IMG/VR virus record: IMGVR_UViG_3300012344_000022
Source of the DNA: an uncultured virus (IMG/VR IMGVR_UViG_3300012344_000022)
Taxonomy: Duplodnaviria > Heunggongvirae > Uroviricota > Caudoviricetes
Strand: one strand, 5' to 3'
DNA: 64,000 nt
Positions 57,796 through 64,000 of this stretch are shown one piece after another. Under the pieces are notes generated by a model. The model made no database searches. It was not told the origin of the DNA and saw only the letters and a program-made list of their open reading frames with translations. A program made the translations under genes and the position numbers. Positions within the stretch are counted from its first letter, which is position 1. Each line of letters opens with the position of its first letter.

Positions 57796-58185
57796 ATGAG
57801 AATAGCAGTTGTTGGACCTCACAGAGATGAGGTCATTTCAAAAGTGGAAAGTGCATTTGACACTACAGTAAAGAAACCATGGGATATAAAAGATGGTGCA
57901 AACATAATTGATTATGCAGCTGAGACATACAAATATTTCAATGAACACAATGTTGTGTTTGAAGGATCACCATTTGATTTTCTTGCAAAGGAAGAAGGTG
58001 AAGGTTATGATGATGTGTATGAACAGATTGCATTGAATACTCTGGATAATCTTGACTATATCGCTGTAATCACGCTTGATATGGATAGAAATGATCTTAA
58101 GATGTATAAGGAATATGCAAAGATTTATCCTGATAAATTCTATTTTTATACATCATACAATGATTTTGAACTTGCATTGAGATAA
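57796..58185 (+). CDS. Hypothetical protein
   Basis: 129-aa ORF; the 'MRIAVVGP' start is suggestive of a degenerate P-loop fold. Confidence 0.55.
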   Translation: MRIAVVGPHRDEVISKVESAFDTTVKKPWDIKDGANIIDYAAETYKYFNEHNVVFEGSPFDFLAKEEGEGYDDVYEQIALNTLDNLDYIAVITLDMDRNDLKMYKEYAKIYPDKFYFYTSYNDFELALR

Positions 58186-58187
58186 AT

Positions 58188-59837
58188 ATGAAGCTGAAGA
58201 AACTGTCATTTAGAAATTTCAAGTCATATAGCAATGTTCTGACCGAAATACAGTTTGATAACAGGTCTTCACTCAATCTTATAGTGGGAGAAAATGGCAC
58301 AGGCAAGACGTCAATTGCAGAATGTGCCACTTATCTCCTGTATGGAAAACTTGACAACTTCACAGCATCTGATATTCCGAACAGGATAAACAAGGCATTT
58401 TATGGGAGGATTGAACTTGATTGTGATGGTCATATTGTAATAATAGAAAGAGGATTGAATCCTTCAATGTTCAGGGTTGAGATTGATGGTCAGGTTGTCG
58501 ATACGGCAGGAAAGAACAATGTCCAGACAATGCTTGAGGAAAATTATTTCAAGATACCTTACAGCGTGTTCCATAATATACTTGTTCTTGAAGTGGGTGA
58601 AGTGAAGTCTCTTCTTTCTATGAATGTTGCAGACAAGAGAAACATCATTGATAAGATATGTGGATTCACACTATATAATACATACAATAAGTTCGTGAAG
58701 GATGATATGAAGAATCTCGGGGACAGGATGAATTCAAATATGGGTTCAATTCGTTCCGTCAATACTTCACTGAACCAGTATGACAGACAGATTGAAGAAA
58801 TCAAGGAAAATGAGATTTCACAGGAAGAACTGGATGATCTTGAACAGAAAGTCATTGAAGCAAAAAAATTGAAACAGGAGAATGATGGTCTCGCAAAGAA
58901 AATCATCACTGCCAGAGAACAGATAAAGGGTGTGAAAATCCAGAAAATCGGTGAATACAACAATTTGAAGGACAAGATTGTTGAGATAGACAAGAAAATA
59001 AGACTGATTGAAAGTGGAAGATGTCCCACCTGCGGAAGTTCTCTAGAAACTGAAGAATTCAGGAAAGAAAAGGAAGAACTGATTGAACAGAAGAAGGAAT
59101 ATGCACTTCAAATGAAACAGATAAAGGAACTTGTTGACAAGTCTCAATCAAAATTGACTGTTCTTGACACAAAGGAACAGGAAATACGAAAGTCCGGAAA
59201 TGACATAAGACTTCTTGACTTGCAATCAGACTTGAAATATAAGCAGACATTGAAGGAAAAGAATACAGTGTCAATTGAAAATTTGAAGGAAGGTCTCATA
59301 TCCCAGCTTGACGAGATGAACAGGGAAAAGGAAGAACTCGAAAAGGAAAAAAGACTTCTTGACTATATGACAAATCTTACTGGAGAAGGAAAGGACAGTG
59401 TCAAGAGATATATATCAAATACATATATTCCCATTATCAACAGTCTTATAGAGGAGATGTTGAATTATATGAACCTGAACTACTCTATCACATTTGACGG
59501 CAATTTTGATGCTTCAATCAAGCAGAATGGAATGAATGTCAAATATTGCACATTGAGTAAGGGCGAAAAGAGGAGAGTTGATTTCGCCACCGTCATAGCA
59601 TTTATAAAGTTTCTCAAGATACAGTTTGCTGAACTCAATCTTTTGTTCCTTGATGAGATTTTTTCAAATGTAGATATAAACGGTGTCAATGATATGATTG
59701 ATATATTAAAGGATTTGAGTGAAGATATGAACCTGAACATCTATCTCATACATCATGCAAGACTTGAAGGAGTAATGTTTGACAATGTTCTACACACTAC
59801 AAAGAAGGATGGATTCAGTCATATTGAGTATATATAA
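58188..59837 (+). CDS. Recombination endonuclease ATPase subunit (T4 gp46/Rad50/SbcC-like)
   Basis: 'FRNFKSY', 'GENGTGKT', zinc hook 'CPTCG', signature 'LSKGE', 'LFLDE'. Confidence 0.92.
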   Translation: MKLKKLSFRNFKSYSNVLTEIQFDNRSSLNLIVGENGTGKTSIAECATYLLYGKLDNFTASDIPNRINKAFYGRIELDCDGHIVIIERGLNPSMFRVEIDGQVVDTAGKNNVQTMLEENYFKIPYSVFHNILVLEVGEVKSLLSMNVADKRNIIDKICGFTLYNTYNKFVKDDMKNLGDRMNSNMGSIRSVNTSLNQYDRQIEEIKENEISQEELDDLEQKVIEAKKLKQENDGLAKKIITAREQIKGVKIQKIGEYNNLKDKIVEIDKKIRLIESGRCPTCGSSLETEEFRKEKEELIEQKKEYALQMKQIKELVDKSQSKLTVLDTKEQEIRKSGNDIRLLDLQSDLKYKQTLKEKNTVSIENLKEGLISQLDEMNREKEELEKEKRLLDYMTNLTGEGKDSVKRYISNTYIPIINSLIEEMLNYMNLNYSITFDGNFDASIKQNGMNVKYCTLSKGEKRRVDFATVIAFIKFLKIQFAELNLLFLDEIFSNVDINGVNDMIDILKDLSEDMNLNIYLIHHARLEGVMFDNVLHTTKKDGFSHIEYI

Positions 59838-59871
59838 AAAAAATGAGAGACATAAGTCTCTCATTTTTTTT
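59836..59871. terminator. Bidirectional terminator
   Basis: A-tract, tgagagac-ataa-gtctctca, T-tract. Confidence 0.85.
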
Positions 59872-59873
59872 GT

Positions 59874-62846
59874 TTAGAATTTTATATATTTTATATAATC
59901 ATAATATGCAGTTGATCTTGTATCCCCTTGAACAGAACCTACATCAAATGATGTCAATGCAGTTAGTGAGGACAAATATGAAGATACCCTTGTTGGATTA
60001 TCATAATTAGATGCATCTATCAGTTTATTATTGACAAAAACACCATTCTTATTCAATTTGACATAAACTTTTCCATCAACATAAACATTTGTCTTTGTAT
60101 TTGATCCACTGGAAGTAACAAGACACAATTCAAGTGCTCTTGATGATGGTGTATAATAACAATGAAAATTGATACCACCCCATGTTGATATACTGTTTCC
60201 TATGGACAATATATTTTGATTTGACAATGTGGTATTACATTTATCTGCATCAAATAAACATTCAATATAGTCATCATTTGAAAAATCAAAATTTGAAACT
60301 GTGTTTGACCATGATTTTCCATTGGCATAATGATTTTCAACAAGTATATTTTCTGTTGAAGAAATATTGCAGACAACATTACAAGATGCTGACTTATCAC
60401 CAAGAGAAACATGCACATTTGTGTTTCCATTACCCACATATCTCAAATAACCATCAATGACATCAACAATACTTGTGTTATCACTATACCACATCATACC
60501 ATCTGTGGTATTATCAGGAGTTATAGTAGATTTTAGGAATAATTCATTTGAAATATTCTCCTTTGATATTGTGAAACCAGTATTGTCAAGTGATACACTT
60601 TCACATGGTATATTTGAGTATCCAAATGTATGTGCCGTTATTTGAGTATATGATGCCAAACTTCGTACATTACCTTCAGATGAACCTATGAGTACATTTG
60701 ATTCATCACATATTTCACTCCATATATTTGCAAAATTATACTGTTTTCCACCTGATACATATGACCATGAACTCAAAATGACACCATTTACATATATACC
60801 TGTACTATCCATCTTTATTGTTATTGAACCTTTATCCACACTGACAGATGATCTTTGTACACCGAGAAGATGATCAATAACATTTACCTGCAACATTCCT
60901 GAAGAATCTGGATAATAACACTGTACAGACCTGATATCTTGACCAGATGACCCCCAAGTATTGATAACATTACCAACACCAAGTATATTCTCATTTGTAT
61001 TTGTGCAGTTTGTCAAATCAATAACAAATTCAAGACTACCACCAAGATTCATATTGAGACTGTTTACTGTCTTTTCCCATGACTGACCTGATACAATGTC
61101 ATCAGTAGAAATTGTTATATTGTTTTGAACTGGTGCAACTTCACAAGTTATGGTACAGATTACAGACTGTTCCCCACATACTGCCTTTATTTGACATGTA
61201 CCGGTTCCTATACATTTTACAACTCCATTCTTTACCTTTGCTACATTAGGATTACTTGAAATCCATATAATATTATCTGTGGTATCAGTAGGTGTAACAG
61301 TAACACCTATTGTGAAATCATCATAATCAGTAGATGTAAATGTATGTTCTGTAGTGTCAAATTCAATACTTGTACATGATTTATCTACACCAAATTGACT
61401 CACCATACTATCTACATATGCAAGACGCTTGGGTATATAACTTCTCAATTGTGTCAAATTTACAGTATCTGTATTAGGTATTGAAGTATATGGTGTATCT
61501 GTTATTTCTTCATCATACAAGTCCTTACCTATACTATAATAAAAATCTTCAAATTTTGAAAGAATATTATAGTCGCTCAATGCACCATTTCTCAATTCTT
61601 CATATCTTGATTTCATTTCATTAGGATAAAACTCAACAAGTCTGTTATAAAGAAGATTATATGGTTCCTCATATTGATCGGGACATTTATAATCAACAGA
61701 AACAAATGACTTGCCATCCCAGTTCAATCCCCATGTGCTGTCCATATCATATGATATCATCATTAATTTTGTTCCATCATAACTTGCGACAAGTTGATTC
61801 TTTCCCAATGAATCAAGTCCACAGTTTGCATATTGAAAAAGATAATAATCAATCGCAGACTGAACATCAATATATTGAGAAATACCTTCTCTGAATGTGT
61901 CTTTATCAGCAGTATTCTTCAAAAAAACTATAAGATTATTGATTGCAGATGCATATAATTCAGCACTTTCTTCTGTTTTATTACCTACTTCTATACTCCA
62001 TGTACTCTCTGCAAGAATTTCAGCAGCAGTAGTTGTCTTCCTGAAATTTGAGGATGTCTCATTGAACACACTAACAGTATTCTGTTCACCACCAAGAACA
62101 AATTGAAGATTTGAAGAAATTCCATCATCTGTCATACCATAACACCATTTATCTTTTGGTATATTCCATGTATAAAGTCCCTGATATATACCATTTGCAT
62201 ATATCTTGAATGGAAATCCATCAATGGCACCTGCATTAGGTGCAGTCCTGAATGCATTTGGAAGTGATGAATAATCTGATCTGCTTCTTACAATATCCGC
62301 CCATAAATTTGCATTTACCACATTTCTTGCATGTGTATGATCCATATAGTTTGCTTTCAAACAATACTTTGTCTGTTCACTCCATCCCATATCAACAGGT
62401 TGAAGAATAGAAAGACTTTCATCAGAATAAAGAACTATAGTGAAATTCTTTTTAGGATAATTCATTGAACTTGTTCCCTGACACTTGATTTTGCAATACC
62501 CTGTATAAACCTTTCCGTCATTTTGCAGTCTGAACTTCATCTTGGCATTTGATTTACTTGTAGGCAATTCACCATAAAGATATAGAACAGGCATCTTTGT
62601 CTCTTTTTTTGTATTCACAGATGGTATCAAGTTCTTGATTTCATTGAGAGCACCTACAATATTTGTTTTATTGACGGTATTCAGTCCTGTCAAATCACCT
62701 ATTTTACTATCTGTAAGTTCTTTCCATCCTTCCTGTGTACCTATATAAAGTTTGTTCTTATTATCAAGTACATACCATCCAAGATAATCAGAAACATATT
62801 CAGGAATACTTTCATCTATATTGATAAATAATACTTTATTATTCAT
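59874..62846 (-). CDS. CotH-family kinase fused to two Big_2 Ig-like domains and two lectin-like modules
   Basis: 'CQGTSSMNYPKKNF', 'LKANYMD', 'IDGFP', 'DSLGKN', 'SYDMD'; Big_2 'WISSNPNVAKVKNGVVKCIGTG' and 'WYSDNTSIVDVIDG'. Confidence 0.8.
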   Translation of the reverse strand: MNNKVLFINIDESIPEYVSDYLGWYVLDNKNKLYIGTQEGWKELTDSKIGDLTGLNTVNKTNIVGALNEIKNLIPSVNTKKETKMPVLYLYGELPTSKSNAKMKFRLQNDGKVYTGYCKIKCQGTSSMNYPKKNFTIVLYSDESLSILQPVDMGWSEQTKYCLKANYMDHTHARNVVNANLWADIVRSRSDYSSLPNAFRTAPNAGAIDGFPFKIYANGIYQGLYTWNIPKDKWCYGMTDDGISSNLQFVLGGEQNTVSVFNETSSNFRKTTTAAEILAESTWSIEVGNKTEESAELYASAINNLIVFLKNTADKDTFREGISQYIDVQSAIDYYLFQYANCGLDSLGKNQLVASYDGTKLMMISYDMDSTWGLNWDGKSFVSVDYKCPDQYEEPYNLLYNRLVEFYPNEMKSRYEELRNGALSDYNILSKFEDFYYSIGKDLYDEEITDTPYTSIPNTDTVNLTQLRSYIPKRLAYVDSMVSQFGVDKSCTSIEFDTTEHTFTSTDYDDFTIGVTVTPTDTTDNIIWISSNPNVAKVKNGVVKCIGTGTCQIKAVCGEQSVICTITCEVAPVQNNITISTDDIVSGQSWEKTVNSLNMNLGGSLEFVIDLTNCTNTNENILGVGNVINTWGSSGQDIRSVQCYYPDSSGMLQVNVIDHLLGVQRSSVSVDKGSITIKMDSTGIYVNGVILSSWSYVSGGKQYNFANIWSEICDESNVLIGSSEGNVRSLASYTQITAHTFGYSNIPCESVSLDNTGFTISKENISNELFLKSTITPDNTTDGMMWYSDNTSIVDVIDGYLRYVGNGNTNVHVSLGDKSASCNVVCNISSTENILVENHYANGKSWSNTVSNFDFSNDDYIECLFDADKCNTTLSNQNILSIGNSISTWGGINFHCYYTPSSRALELCLVTSSGSNTKTNVYVDGKVYVKLNKNGVFVNNKLIDASNYDNPTRVSSYLSSLTALTSFDVGSVQGDTRSTAYYDYIKYIKF

Positions 62847-62920
62847 ATGTTTATTATTTGTCATGTTTATTAAAAAACCTCCATGTTTCAGGAGGTTTTT
62901 ATTCAACTATTTATATCATA

Positions 62921-64000
62921 TTATACAGTAGGCCACTCAGTCAACCACACAAGAGTAGCATCAGCAACTGCCTTGTCAGCATATTTCTTTGCGCCTTTTA
63001 TAGTATTGGATACATCAGTGTCATCATCCTTTCCAAGAAGTTCAGTCTTCACTGCATCAGCAGCACCCTTCTTATCATATAATTCAGCAAAATCAGGAGC
63101 AACAACTTCAACTGCACTTACTTCACCCTTTGATGAAGAAACCTTTACACTTACTCCATTTGATTCTCCTGTTTTTTCACCGGCAAGATTATCAATAAGT
63201 CCTTTTGCAGTTCCTTTTATTTCATATGCACCTTCATCTCCAAATTCAACCCATTTTGCACCATCATATACAAATTCCTTGACTCCCCAGAGAACAATAT
63301 CACCGGATTTAGGAGTATATCCATCTTTTGCAGCAACAGCAGAATCAAGTGTTTCTCCTTCAACTATGCCTGCAAAATGCATAGCACCTGCAAGATCTGC
63401 AACACTATCCTTTACAAATGCAGCAACCTGTTTTGCATTTACAAGATTTTCATCAACTGAATCAATAATGATATCATCTGTTGCGAAATCCTTTCCTGCG
63501 GCTGTTCCAAGAGTGTCCTTTACAATTTTTGCTGCATCATCTGCATATTTCTTTGCACCAGCAATAGTTGCAGAATCCTTTGTATCATCAGCACCACCAA
63601 GAAGTTCAGTCTTCACTGCATCAGCAGCACCCTTCTCATCATATTCACCAGCAGCAGAATCATCCCAAGATTTTACCTTTTCAGCAGAAATTCCAGACAA
63701 TACAGAAGCATTTTCAAATGCATCCTGTTTTCCATTCCATTTCAATCTTTCTTCAGATGTAATATGTACATCCTTATCATTTACATGATCATCAATTACA
63801 CTTACTATTGTCTCCAGTGCATCCTGAACATCATTTATAGGTTCACTATCATTACCAAACTCGAAACCTGGATTAATAGTTATATCCTTTGCAAGTCCAG
63901 TAGTCGCAACTTTTGATAATTTGATATCATCAGCAACCTTATTTGAAATCTTTCCATCAGATTCAACAACACCTGATTTGATGGTAACTACACCATCAGC
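62921..64000 (-). CDS. 5'-truncated tail-fibre-like protein
   Basis: The frame stays open to the window end. It contains 'HITSEERLKWNGKQD', a duplicated 'YD.KGAADAVKTELLG..DD.....TI.GAKKYAD', and 'AMHFAG...EFVYDGAKWVEFG'. Confidence 0.65.
   Translation of the reverse strand, partial: ADGVVTIKSGVVESDGKISNKVADDIKLSKVATTGLAKDITINPGFEFGNDSEPINDVQDALETIVSVIDDHVNDKDVHITSEERLKWNGKQDAFENASVLSGISAEKVKSWDDSAAGEYDEKGAADAVKTELLGGADDTKDSATIAGAKKYADDAAKIVKDTLGTAAGKDFATDDIIIDSVDENLVNAKQVAAFVKDSVADLAGAMHFAGIVEGETLDSAVAAKDGYTPKSGDIVLWGVKEFVYDGAKWVEFGDEGAYEIKGTAKGLIDNLAGEKTGESNGVSVKVSSSKGEVSAVEVVAPDFAELYDKKGAADAVKTELLGKDDDTDVSNTIKGAKKYADKAVADATLVWLTEWPTV

Noticed and set aside
62883..63788. 301-aa plus-strand ORF and the many short antisense ORFs in the track
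   Set aside because: They are shadows of real genes on the opposite strand, with Ser/Phe/Ile-rich composition and no motifs.
1..64000. TAG-to-Gln recoding as in Lak megaphages
   Set aside because: Very long structural ORFs (1,662 and ~2,800 aa) contain no in-frame TAG, and TAG ends several complete genes at their expected C-termini (topoisomerase subunits, ThyX).
1..64000. tRNA, rRNA or self-splicing intron
   Set aside because: Intergenic spaces are short and explained by terminators and promoter motifs. No cloverleaf or intron-sized interruption of a core gene was recognised, though no covariance search was run.

Overview
This AT-rich, densely coding window comes from a large T4-like (jumbo/mega-type) tailed phage, probably infecting a Bacteroidota host (A/T-rich leaders without Shine-Dalgarno sites, Bacteroidota-like promoter elements). 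It reads in the standard code. Positions 1-20.3 kb hold giant virion/surface genes: Ig-like repeat proteins, tail-fibre-like proteins, a lamin-tail/metallophosphoesterase protein, and a 2,800-aa CotH-kinase/LRR protein. Positions 20.3-45 kb mix T4-like core genes (UvsW, gp2-like end protector, topoisomerase II, ThyX) with accessory genes: a ColE2-type primase-Rep, a solo TnpB, DNA methyltransferases, and many small proteins that start with a T4-type capsid-targeting peptide. Positions 45-64 kb hold more structural genes, a second split C5 methyltransferase, dUTPase, clamp loader, Clp ATPase, gp46 and a second CotH protein. Two candidate new systems stand out. (1) A C5 DNA methyltransferase is split at domain boundaries into four genes: motif IX-X peptide, intein-containing catalytic core, and two free-standing TRD-like peptides. 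(2) About nine putative head-packaged, injected effectors occur, four with an ADP-ribosyltransferase-like fold and one a phosphoribosyltransferase. All functional calls come from motifs read by eye; no database searches were run.
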